NCBI GenBank assembly: GCA_033442325.1
Contig: JAWQFM010000027.1
Span: 670,231 to 734,230 of the forward strand
Source: Salpingoeca rosetta
Lineage: Eukaryota; Protista; Choanoflagellata
Direction of reading: 5' to 3'
Length of the DNA stretch: 64,000 nt
Shown: positions 22,778 to 51,876 of the stretch, piece by piece
How positions within the stretch are numbered: the first letter of the stretch is position 1
Layout of the letters: each line of letters opens with the position of its first letter
Program-made: the position numbers and the translations under genes
Notes under the pieces: model-generated
Told to the model about the DNA's origin: nothing
The model's input: only the letters and a program-made list of their open reading frames with translations
The model's database searches: none

Positions 22778-25700
22778 ACGCACTGCACACACAATCACAC
22801 CCTCACACACACACAATCACGCACTGCACACACAATCACGCACTGCACACACGTACACGCCTACACGATGCTGCAGGCTGCCGTGTTGTGCGATGAGGTG
22901 GAGACCACTCTGAAACGCGTCAAAACTACACTGGTTAAGCACAGCGTGCCCTTCAGCACCACCGCGGGCATTCACAAGCAGTCCCATGATGATGTACATC
23001 TTCACACTGAGAACGGCGCTGCTGTCAACCACACCCATGTGGGCCCACGGTTGACAGTTGACCTGTCCTCGATCCAACGCATGATGCGCGCTTTTGGGTG
23101 CCCAAAGAAGGCTGCACGCAAACTTCAAAGACCCACAAACTTCCCAGGCACAAGACGACACAACCCTCAACCCAATATCTTGAGTGACAACAACACCGCA
23201 CCTAGCTCCCTTCCCAGGCGGTTCTCTCGCATGCGACGAAACAGTGACCCAAACGTGCAGCAAGGCCAGTGCACGCTGGCAAGTCTCATTGATGGCTCTT
23301 GTCCAGGCACAAGGCGGGGTGGACTCACCATCACACTGTTCAAGGATGACCTTGTGAACGGAAGTGCTGATACAAGCACGCTTCGCACGCTTTCTCCCGC
23401 TGTGTTTCGACTCACACTAAATGGCCATGTCCAGCAGCCCCTGCTCCAATGGCTGCTTCAAAACGGCGTGTGGACAACTTGTCGCTTTCTAACTGTCGAG
23501 GGCGCGCAGTTTCCTACATTCCCGTTGAGCGACCTCAACCCACTCAGCGATATTCGCAGTATCCGAATTCGCCACAGCGATGTTCTGCGGGGAGTAGATT
23601 CAAGCGGGTTCAACCACGCGAAGACCCTCACCGCACTCCGCATCATCAACTGCTCCCTTTCATTCGTCCCTGATGTTGCTGGCATGACGTCACTGAGGAC
23701 CCTGAGCTTGCGCGACAACCGTATCCGTCAAGTCACTGCGGAACACTTGAACGGGTTGTCATCGCTGCGAGAGCTGTCATTGGACACTAACCTCATTGCT
23801 CGAGTCCAAGCAGTGTCGTTCGGTGACCTGACAGCACTGCGAAGGCTGACCATCTTCTCAAATGACATTAGCGCCATCCCCCCAGGCCTGTTTCACCCAC
23901 TCACAGCCCTCACGCGACTTGAGCTGCAGCGCAATCCCATCCGACAGCTGGACGCCGATGTGTTCGCTGCACTTTCGACGCTTGACAACCTCATCCTCGA
24001 AAGCACACTGCTCACGAGTTTGCCGCCAACTGTATTTCGAAACACCACTCGCTTAACTGTCCTTGGCTTGGCAAACAACTTCCTCACATCCCTTCCCGAG
24101 ACCGTGTTCGCCGGTCTCTCGTCCCTGGAACACCTGCAAGTCTTCAACAACCGACTAACGTCGCTAGCATCAGACGTGTTCCAAGACTTGACGGTGCTAA
24201 CAGCCCTGTTCATTGACAAGAACGAGCTGCGTTCATTGCCACGTGGCCTCCTTCAGTCCAACACGCGCCTGCGTACTTTCTTCTGCAACGACAACCGTCT
24301 GACTGCGCTTCCAAGCAGCCTGTTCGCCAACACGTCTGCGCTGAACCAGGCATCTTTGGCGACGAATGCTCTTCGATCCATTGATGCCGTCATCGAAGCG
24401 GCGTCCTTTTCCTCTCTGAGCTTCCTCGATGTGCATGACAATCAATTGACGCGTGTACATCTACCCAGGGCTCTGCCTGCCCTGCGTGAATTGGCCTTCA
24501 ATGACAATCCAGTTCGAGAACTGCCGAACCTCGACATGCTGCCTGAGTTGAGGGTTTTTCGATTGCAACACCACCTGGTAAGACGCATCGACCTGGCAGC
24601 TTTCCTGGCGCTGCCCCACTTGGAAGTGCTTGAACTTGACGCTGCCCCTGAGGCCGAGTCCAAGGCAGTATTGTCAGACTCCAGCGCGGATCGCATTGCA
24701 CCTTTGGCAAAGCTGAGCGTGGAGAATGTGGACATCAGCGCCATCGTTTCGTCACTTGGGCAATTGGCATCGCTTAACCTAAGTGCACTGCACGCGGGCT
24801 GGCCCGGCGCCACCAGCGACACGCTCCCCATAAGTGCCCTTTGCAGCATGCTTGCAAGCACCGTACAAGAACTCCGCATCGCCAACACGCATCACAGCGG
24901 GATTGACCTGTGCCCTGACAAGGCATTTGACGTGCTTCTTCTCACGGACAACAGGCGTCTTGAATCCATTACCGTTCACGACCCACTGCGTGAGCTCAAC
25001 GTGTCCGGCTGCACCCAGCTTACTTCCATTGATGCCCCTCCCATTGACATCCTCGACATCAGCAGCACCAACTTGCCGCTCACGGGTGCACTGTGCACGC
25101 GGTGGGGGCGACGTGTTCTCTTCGCTCGCAACTTGGGCGGAGTCGTCGACATTCGCCGCGCTGCAGCAATTGCACACAAATGCCTTGAGCAAGTGGACGT
25201 GCTGGATCTCTCAGGCAACTCATGGCTTCGTCATCAAGCAGAGATTAATCGCGTTGTGGAGACGAAGATTGTCTTGTCACATGACATGTTCTTGAGCGCT
25301 GACTTTGGTGAGATTGCCAATCGCCCAATTCCTCCGATTTTCCAGCTGACTGACGCGCCCATTGAATGTGAGCTTGAGCTGTCAAACCAGAACCTGAGAT
25401 TACACACTGATCGCTCTGTGCTGACGCCTCAAATCGTGTACGCATTCCACTGCACGTGCGCCCGCGGCTTCAAGTTGACGTCTAACGGGCGCTGCGTTGA
25501 ACGCAGTGATGATATTGCTGGTGTTGCTGCTGGTTCTGTGATTGGTGGGCTGTTCTTTGGCCTGTTTGTGGCGTGGCTGTCACGCCGCTATCGGGGCCTC
25601 ACCAAGCGCATTGGCCTGCAGGAGCAGCTGCTGGTGGAGATGGATGAGGAGGTCACAGCGTTGAAGAAGGCGTGGGAGATTGGGTTTGGTGAGCTGAGGC

Positions 25701-26912
25701 TTGTTGAGCGTGTGGCTGCAGGTGCGTTTGGCGTGGTGTTCAAGGCGGAGTGGGACACGGTGATGGTGGCAGTCAAAGTACTGCAGCAAAGTGTGATGAT
25801 GTTTGACGAGAGCACGGTGCTTGAGTTTGAGAAGGAGGTGGAGTTTTTGCAGCGGACACGGCACCCCAACGTGGTGCGGTTCTTTGGTGCGGGCACAGAT
25901 CCCAGCGGCAGCCCGTTCCTGGTGCTGGAGTTTGTGGCGATGGGGTCACTCAAGGACCTGCTGGGGAAGGATATGGAACAGGTGTTGATGGAAGTGAAGC
26001 GGGATGTTGTTGGCTGCACAGATGCAGGTGTGGTCGCGGAGGATGTGGATGAGGAATTGACGTTGATCAGCACGGAAAGTGACCGAAGAGCAGAGACGAT
26101 GACTATATGGGAGTTGAAGCTGCGTCTGCTACGAGATATTGCCAGTGGGATGGCCTTTATCCACAGCCTCGATCAGATGCATCGGTGAGTGGGATATTTG
26201 TGTTTGTGTTTGTGTGTGTGTGTGTTTGTGTTTGTGTTTGTGTGTGTGCGCGTGTGCGCGCATGTGTGTGTGTGTGCGTGTTTGTGTGTGTTTGCATGCA
26301 TGCAGGCACGTGCTCTCGCTCATCGCCCATCCTAGCCTCATCCCACCCACCAACACCACCTCAACAGAGACCTGAAGAGCGGCAACGTGCTGGTTTCGTC
26401 GTCCCTTCGCGCCAAGATTACGGATTTCGGATCCATTCGCCAGTGCTTCACGCGTGGCGGTGGAGGTGGCAGAGCCCATGGTAGCGGCCACACTCGCCTC
26501 TCCTCCTCCAGCCATGATGTTGATGATCCGCAATACAGCCAGCAAGCTGGGCTGCAGACAATGACGAGCATGACGCTGACGGCTGGCGTGGGCACGCCGC
26601 TGTACATGGCACCAGAGGCATTGACGGGCGACAAGTACAGCTTCGAGGCCGACATCTTCAGCTTTGGCGTGCTGATGTGGGAGGTGGCGACGCAGCGACC
26701 ACCGGATCTGATCGAGCAGGAGAAGGGGAGTGACTTCAGGGGATCACTGCTTCCTGCAATCACAGAGCTCTTGATGGAGGGCAAGCGGCTCAAGTTCGAA
26801 GACAGCGAGCAAGAAGGTGAGATTTGTTGTGTGTGTGTGTGTGTGTTTAGATTGCTTGACCACGCGTCCTTCTCCTCTTCTCTCTCTCACACACACACAC
26901 ATACACATACCT

Positions 26913-26953
<41 letters not shown>

Positions 26954-27078
26954 ACACCACCACACACTTTCCGATAGCCATCCCCGAGTGGTTCCAGTCG
27001 CTGACGTACAAGTGCATGGCGCAGAACCCGCGTGAGCGCCCGTCGTTTGGAGAATTGAAGGATCACCACTTTGCTTAA
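22392..27078 (+). CDS. LRR receptor kinase 2 (paralogue of 5539-10283); exons 22392-22481, 22877-26184, 26368-26816, 26978-27078
   Basis: Signal peptide [17 protein letters not shown]. Same intron positions and phases as paralogue 1. LRRs, [21 protein letters not shown], kinase [20 protein letters not shown], ends ELKDHHFA*. The first exon is the least certain. Confidence 0.92.
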
Positions 27079-27423
27079 TTACAGCCTCCTCTCTTCCTCT
27101 GTGTTCTGTTGTGTTGTCTTGTTGTCGTTTGTCCTTTTGTCTGTTTGTGCTTGCTGCCCATGTCGTTGGTGATCACTTTGACCAGGTGACAAGTGTATTT
27201 GGGGCGATGTTCAACTCAGGAAGGAGAGTGCGCGCGAGAAGGAAGGCAAGAGACGGAGAGAGGAAGGCGAAGGCCTGCTTCATGCTTTCATGTCACATCA
27301 TCAAGATCAATCACACGTCACACAGCTCAAACGGCAAACCAAACAAGCCAAGCAAGGAAGAGAAGAGAGAAGAAGAAGCAAGAAATCCATTCTTCCACAA
27401 ACAACAAACCACCACCACCACCG

Positions 27424-34415
<6,992 letters not shown>

Positions 34416-34647
34416 CCACGTTCACACACACACACACACACACACACCTACGCACACAAGCGCGCGTAACTGCTGTGCCATGTGTTGTTGGCATTCGTTT
34501 AATGGCACTTTTTGTGGCATAGTGCGATGATGGCAAAATATAACGCGGGGCAATGAAACGGGAATGGTTGTCTTGTGCATTGCAACGCAGTGTCTCAATG
34601 TGACAATTTGAGACACACAAGGAGTCCGATAGGGCGACTGCAGGTCA

Positions 34648-34736
<89 letters not shown>

Positions 34737-34750
34737 ACACACAAATGGCG

Positions 34751-35410
34751 TCACTCCTGGGCCACCTCGTCCTCGTCCTCGTTGATGGAGAGCATGTTCG
34801 GTGCAAACTGCGGCTTCTTCGCCTTGCGCCTCATGGCCCTCAGCACCTGCGACCGTGGCAACCCTTGTGGCTGCTGCTGACCTCGCTGGCCTTGCTGGTA
34901 TCCTGGCGCTGTTGATGGCACCGCGGTGTCGCATCCGCGGCTGGCGGGGGTGTTGGGCGGTGCGCAGACGCCCTCGTCCTCCTTGCAGGCGACGGTGCCG
35001 CCCATGTTGCTGTTCAGCTCGGCAAGCTTGCGCTCCAGCGTGCCTGGAAACGGGCTCGGCTTGCGCTGGAGCTTTGGCATGCGCTTCGTCACAACCGGCG
35101 CTGATGGAAACGAGTTCTCCGCCTCTTCTGCCATGATGGCTGCCTCCTCGGCGTCGTAGCTGCTGGTGCTGGTGCTGGTGCTGGTGCTGCTGCCAATGCT
35201 GCTGCTACTGGTGGTGTGGCTGTTGCGAGGCTCGCGCGTGTTGTCATTGCGCACGGCAGCTGGGCATGTGTTGCGGCGAAGGCTTGAGGCGCGCAGCGGC
35301 GAGCATGGAGAGCCATGGGAACCACGAGATGCAGCCACCGCTGTCGGCGCCTTCTGCCGTGGGCTGGCGCTTGACATGACGACTCCGCCAGGGCGATTGG
35401 ATGACAGCAT
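34751..35410 (-). CDS. Hypothetical disordered protein (~219 aa, single exon)
   Basis: Microsatellite-free ORF with plausible composition (KLQRKPSPFPGTLERKLAEL...KKPQFAPNMLSINEDEDEVAQE*). No recognised domain. Confidence 0.55.
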   Translation of the reverse strand: MLSSNRPGGVVMSSASPRQKAPTAVAASRGSHGSPCSPLRASSLRRNTCPAAVRNDNTREPRNSHTTSSSSIGSSTSTSTSTSSYDAEEAAIMAEEAENSFPSAPVVTKRMPKLQRKPSPFPGTLERKLAELNSNMGGTVACKEDEGVCAPPNTPASRGCDTAVPSTAPGYQQGQRGQQQPQGLPRSQVLRAMRRKAKKPQFAPNMLSINEDEDEVAQE

Positions 35411-36153
35411 GCCGCTGTTGTTTTGTTGTCGTCTGGAATGAAAGCACACGTGAGGCCTTGGAGTGCCTGCCTACTCACTTCTCTGTCGACAAGAATCACA
35501 GCTGCGGCGGAGCAGAGTGGTGCGTGTATGAGGATGGTGCTTTTGTTCTTGTGCGCTGTGCTTGCTGTGCTTGCTGCGCTTGCTTGGTTGGCGAGGAAAA
35601 TGGAGGCTGCCAAAGAGAAACTCGCGTTGGCTGGTTGGTTTGTTGTCGTTTCAGGTGTTGGGCGATGCCATTGAACGTAGGCTGTCCTTTGTGCTTGCTC
35701 CCAGCAAGCAAAACCCCGGAATGCATCCTGTCTCGTGGTCACCAACACAACACTCCAGCACAACACAACACATCTCAGCACCAGCACCAGCGTTCACCAG
35801 CATCGATTGCTGACCATAATCTGGCAGACTCAACCACGGTTGTAGAGAATTGGTAAATATCTTGCTCTGAAATTCTCACCACACCCTGGCGCTGCGAACC
35901 ACTTGAAACAAAAGCAAGGGTTGCTAGCACCCTTAAAACAACCACAGCAGCTACAGACCCAGCACACGCAAGCTACCACCCTTACAAACACAGTTACAAG
36001 CCCAGCACACGCAAGCCAGCATCTGCACACCCACACTTGCACACCCGGTCACATTCCTACACGCATAGATCCACTCACACACACGCAGACATCAGCAAGT
36101 CCACACACACACAGACACAGACACACACACACACACACACGTGCGCGCGCGAT

Positions 36154-37636
36154 ATGCTGGCGTCAGCAAGAACGCATGTGGTTGTATCAAGAGAACAGTT
36201 GGAGTTCTTGCAGGAGGCGGGGAAAAGGCATGCGCCATGCCAGCACTTCTCGTACCTGATCAAGACGCTGGATACCTTTGAGACGCGCGCAAAGGACATT
36301 GATTCACACCAGTTTGCACATGTGGCTGCGTGGCACGATGCCATTGAGCTGTTTCGGCGGCTGCTCGCCCTCCTCACAGAGGTAGCGCAGTCCAAGCAGT
36401 TCCACACCCATGAAAAGCGCGCCTTCCTCTGGTTTTGCTTCAACAGCCACCGCTTCATCCCAGATGCCTCCCTCAGACGTGCGTTCGCCCCTGGCATTGT
36501 GATCATGATGGCTTGATGGTGATGTGTGTGTGTGTGTGATTGTGGCGTACTTGTGTGCAGTGTGTGTTTGTGTTTGTGCAAGGGGTGCTTGTGATTTGTT
36601 TGCAGTGTGTTCTCGTTTGTGCGCTTGTGCTTGTGAGTTGTGTGCAGTGTGTGCTTATGTTTGTGCACGTGTGCTTGCTGCCCGCACTGAATAGGCCTTG
36701 ACCCCTCTTCCCTGTTGACAACACGTCTTCTGTTCAGCTCACGTGTGCGCATTGGTGCTACGATAGATGCTGTGGGTATCACAGCTGACACAGATTTTGC
36801 TCAAAGTATCGGGACCTTCAGGCATGTCGGCGACTCGACAACACGGCTGGTAGTTCCCACCGACAACACAGTCTCATCATCGTCATCATCATCATTGCCA
36901 TGGAGCCGCACGTTCGCCACAACCACAACAGCAACAACAGCAGCAGCAGCAGCAACAACGACGACAAGAAAACCAGCAACTAACACAGCTGCTCGAGGGA
37001 GCCGCAGAACACGAGGTCATGCATCGCCCAGGAAAGGTGGTGAGCTAGAAGTTGCGATGGCAACCAACGGTGATAATGGCGGTCAGGGTGTGAGCGTAGT
37101 CGCTGACGATGATGACACGAAGCACAACACATCAAAGACGATGTTGGAGCGCTTCAACCTCGACTCGCCATCGGCAGCAAAGGAGGAGGGAAGCTCAGGG
37201 GCGCGTTCGTCATCGGCGCAGCTGAGGCGGCAGCGCATGATCGATCAGCTCAAGGCAGAGCCGGCCTTCCAGCAGCGACAACACCAGCAGCAGCATCGGA
37301 AACTGGAGCGACGCAGCACAGAGCTCATGCTCACGGAGAGCATCGCATATCGGGCGTCCCTTGAACGGCTTCGCCGCAGCGTCAAGAATGCACCGACAGT
37401 GCAGCCGCTCGACGGGCACGGTGGTGGTGGTGGTGGTGGAGATGGAGTGAATGGGTGGTGGCCACGTGGTGGCGACTTGGCCAGCGGTCTTCAGGTCACC
37501 TGGCTGCAACCGGTGAGCATATCGTGTGTGTGTGTGTGTGTGTGCGCGTGTGCGCGTGTGTATATGTGTACGTGCGTGTGTGTGTGAGTGTGTGTGTGAG
37601 TTTGTATGTGTTTGTGTTTGTGTGTGTGTGTTTGTT

Positions 37637-37669
<33 letters not shown>

Positions 37670-38283
37670 TTGTATGTGTGTGTGTGTGCGTGTGAGTGTG
37701 CCCTGTGCAGTGTGCCATGTCCGCCATTGTGTGCTGCACTGAGTGTGTGTTCACTTGTCACGGTTCATGTGTTATTGTGCTTGCTGTGAATGCTTCAACG
37801 GCCCCGTGTGTGCTCAGCCGCACAGTTGCCAGTGGCAGTTGTTAACATCACGCTTGCATCAACACCCCCCTCTGAAATCCTTGTCCTGCACTCTGCCACC
37901 ATGTTTGTTTCCAGCAAATCAACGCGCAGTGGGACGAGTACTTTCGCGAGCGACAACAGGTGGGCTGGTGGGGATATGATTTGCTGCTTCCCCTTTTGTG
38001 TGTTGTTGTGTGCTTGCTGTTGTGAGCGCTGCTGTGGTGTGGGATTGGGAGGTAAGGGGGGCATGGTGTTCTGTTAGTCTGTTGGGGTCCTGGGGTCACA
38101 CGACACATGCGCTCATCTTCTCCTGCATTTACATACCACGACGTAATGAATGGCAACTCACCTCAGCACCTCACCTCACCGCTTCACCTCAACGCTCCAC
38201 CGATTGCGACGACGAAGGAGTTGCTGCGAGATGGGCTGGCGAGCCGGGAAGCAACAAGAACCATCACGATGGACGATGGATAG
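36154..38283 (+). CDS. Hypothetical multi-exon protein
   Basis: Exon 36154-36478 (helical: [13 protein letters not shown]...[15 protein letters not shown]) joins in phase 1 to ~36695-37512. Further small exons [15 protein letters not shown] (~37915-37959) and a terminal exon ending ...TITMDDG*. Confidence 0.5.
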
Positions 38284-38784
38284 ATGGATGAAGATTGCAA
38301 GACGGGAAGTGGACTGGAGGAGCACATGACGCGATCAATCTGATCAATGAACACGTCCAGACGTCCATGGAATCTATGGAATAAAACGAGGTTCTGAGAG
38401 CTGAGAAGAAGGGACGCGAGAGCGAGACGAGGAGAGGCACAGGAAGGAAGCGAGGAAGCTAGCAGGCGAGGAAGCGACTGTGAGGAACTGGAAGCGAGAA
38501 GGAGGAGGACAAGAAGAAAGAGAAGAAGGAGTGCACACACACACGCACACGCAAAGCAGCTGCTTCAGCTTTTTTCTTCTTCGTTCTTCGTTTTTTTTTT
38601 CTCTCTCTCTTGCTGCTTCTTGCTGCTGACACCACGCACGCTCGGATACACAACCAAGGCACCGACCGCACCAACCACATACAGAGCACAACCACACGAT
38701 ACCACCAAGCGGCTCAGCTGTCTCTCTCTCTCTTCCTTCCTGCTTCCACAATTCCTCCTACACACGTACATCCCCTCCGTTGAG

Positions 38785-39773
38785 ATGGCGTTTGCACGGT
38801 TGTTTGCACGTGCGGCAGCAACGGTTGCTGGTGCAGGTGTTGCGGCTGCCGCAGTTGCCACGTCTGCCGCGTCGCCGTCTGCAAGTCTGATGCGCGTGCC
38901 TGCGCATGCGGCATGTGAGCCCATCCACGAGCCGCTCAACCCAAACAGCACCAGCGTCAACCCAGATGACGAGCAAGTCGTTGACAGGGACTCTGGCAAG
39001 TCCTTTCTTCGACACATTAGCATGTTCAGTGGCGTGCCTGGTGCTCTCATTGGTGCTGCGTGCAGGTGCGTATGTGTTGTGTTGTGTGCGTATGTGCTGT
39101 GTTGCGTGCAGGTGCGTATGTGTTGTGTTGTGTGCATGTGTTGTGTTGTGTGCGTATGTGTTGTGTTGTGTGCATGTGTGTGCCCTGAACCCTGCTCCTA
39201 CCGCCTTCTCCCTTGAACCAGCTCTCACTCACTCACTCACACACACACACACACTCTCTCTCTCTCTCACACACACACAATTGCAGGCGCCGCTTTGGGC
39301 TCATCTCCGTGTATGGCGTTGGGTTGTATGTGGCGGAGAGCGAGGCAACCAGCTTGAATGCCCCAACAGACATCCTCAAGGGCACGGTCGAGGCGGAGCT
39401 GCAGCTCAAGTTCTGCCGCACCGTGGAGCGGGAGACCATCACTGCCAGCATCCGCGAGTCCATGGAGCCCCGCATGCCCGACAACCAGAAGGGCGCACTC
39501 GACGGCTTCATTGACGCGCTGCACGACTTCCTGGACGGTCCCGCATATGACGGCATGCTGCTCGGGTTCCACTGGGATGGCAGCGTGCTGACCACGTACG
39601 CAGAGGGCGAGCGTCACGAGCACCACGCGGAGATGGGCATCAAGAGCGAAGCCATTCCGCGCGCCCTCTTTGCCGTCTACCTCGACGAAGACGCCGTTGT
39701 TCCGCCAGAGAAGTTTGTTGAGGGCCTCGATCAGCTCAAACAGGCCAACGCGCCCCCGCAGGACCAGGAGTAG
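38785..39773 (+). CDS. Chalcone-isomerase-fold protein with mitochondrial-type presequence (Aim18/Aim46/FAP-like); exons 38785-39065, 39287-39773
   Basis: Arg/Ala-rich, acid-free N-terminus. VVDRDSGKSF...LIGAACR|RRFGLISVYGVGLYV...LQLKFCRTV...IKSEAIPRALFAVYLDEDAVVP are CHI-like family signatures. Confidence 0.85.
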
Positions 39774-40443
39774 CGTGCATCCATGTTGCGTGCGTGTGTG
39801 CGTGTGTGCACACGTGTGAACATTCACATGCATAAACGCGCTGTGCTGTTCTGTGCACGCCGTACCACGCCACGTTGCACCATGCATCCTGTTGCATCTG
39901 CCCTGCTGTGCTCGGTATTAGTCAAAAACACCAGTCGGTCTCGTTCCTCGTCGTGCACCCACCACGTCGCCACCGCGTCGCGTCGTTTCATTCGACTTTA
40001 CCTCCTCTCTCTCCTCCCCACACCCCCACTTGCTGCACTTTGTTGGACGAACACTGCCACTGTTGTCAATAGCCATCCAAGCGTTTGCCACCGCCTCCCT
40101 GTCCTATATCTGCATGTCTGTCTGTCCATCTCATGTGTTGCTGTGTCTTGTCCAGAACCACTTCCCTACTCCTCCTCCTCCTCCGCCTTTCGCTTGGCAT
40201 AACCAATTCCTCCCACCACCTCCATCCAGTACACAACAAACCCGCCCATTTGTGTGGTGTGACTCTTGTATGGACTGAGACGCAAGCACGGGCATATGCA
40301 CAATCGTGGCTTGAGGAAGCACAAGGGAGGGAAGCAGCACACAATTCAGATACGCATGGTAACTAACACAAGAGGAGCGCTGTCGTCGCAATAGACAGAC
40401 CCGCACAGCAAAGAACATCACGCGCGTGACCTGCACGCCAAGA

Positions 40444-40558
<115 letters not shown>

Positions 40559-40566
40559 ACACACAG

Positions 40567-50330
<9,764 letters not shown>

Positions 50331-50337
50331 CTTTACC

Positions 50338-50458
<121 letters not shown>

Positions 50459-51876
50459 AAGAACTGCGCCTGGTACTGCTTGCGGTCTCGCCTGTGGCTG
50501 TCGTGCGTGCGTGTCTGCTGCGATGTCACAACGTCAATGATCCTCTGTTGCTGTCAATATGAAAATCAATCGCGTGTACCCACACTGAACAGTCGCAGCC
50601 ACGTGTGGTTCTTCTTGACGTTACTCAAACAAGAGCCTCCACCACCAACCACAACCGGGAGTGAGAGCTGTCGTCGTCTATGGATAAATTGGTGTGACGG
50701 GATTGCCACCAAAAACCCTTCCTCGTTCGCAAACAACAACAGCGACAGCTTGCTTCATGGATTTATGTTCGACCAAGAAGAACAAGAAGAAGACACGAAC
50801 GAAGCGTTCCAACCGCTCTGCTCTGTTCTTCTTCTTGTTGTTGTTGCGTGTTTGCCTGCTCGTCTTGCTTGCTTGCTTGTCTTGCTTGCTTTGAGTCCCC
50901 GCCCTTTCTCTTTCTCTGAGTGGCTGCGGCGGCAGGGCCGTGTCCGGACAGGGCAACTGGGACGCCCTCAGTTCGGATATTTACTGGAAGATATTGAAAA
51001 CATGGGCTAATGCGAATGATTCTTTCGCAGATCGTCAGCAGCGGAAAAAATTGCTGCGCGGTCTACCCAACATTGGTGCCCACTAGACAATTTGCCATGT
51101 CTTTTTCGACTTTTCCACTACACGTGAGTTTGCCTTGCTGCCTCAGCGCAAGCCAAGGCAGGGAGAGCGAGTGTGGTGCAGGTGATAGAGGGAAGGCGAT
51201 CACGGCTGACGGCGACGATGATAAGGGGTGGTGGTGTGGAGAGCGGCAGTGGGGGTTTGAGTGATGATGAAAGCGGGGAAAGGGCGCTTTGGTGGAGGCG
51301 GAAGGGACTGAAGAAGACAGAGAGGGGGGGGGGGAAGGAGGGACGGGTTAGGAAGCACGTACAGTGATGGTGTCTTTCGATTGTGGTGGCGGTGGCGGCG
51401 AAAGTGCTTGTTGGGGGGGGGGGGGTTAGCGTTGGATCGGTTATCATGTGTCGCCATGCCATGTGCATGCACTGGTTGCGATCCATCCATCCCATCCATC
51501 CCATCCATCCACTGCACAGACAAACCCAACAAGCACAAGCAAACGCACAAACCAAGACCTGCACATCACATGCACGCACACTAGAATACGTATTTGTGCA
51601 CACGTCAACTCACATTGCTGTTGCTGTTCCACCACGCACACGCACACGCACATGCACATGCGCTTGCACATGGGGTAACACGCTGCTGCTTCTCCAACAC
51701 CTCGTTCGCCTCCCCGAACCGCCTTCCTGCCTCTTTTGTTGTTTCTCTCTTGTTCTTGGTTTCCTCTCTCCCTCTCTCTCTTTCGCGTCCTTTGTTGTGA
51801 GCGCAGTCTCTACTTTTCCAACCCACCACTTTCCACCCACAACCACATTTGTGGACCCCCCAGCGGACTCGCAGCC

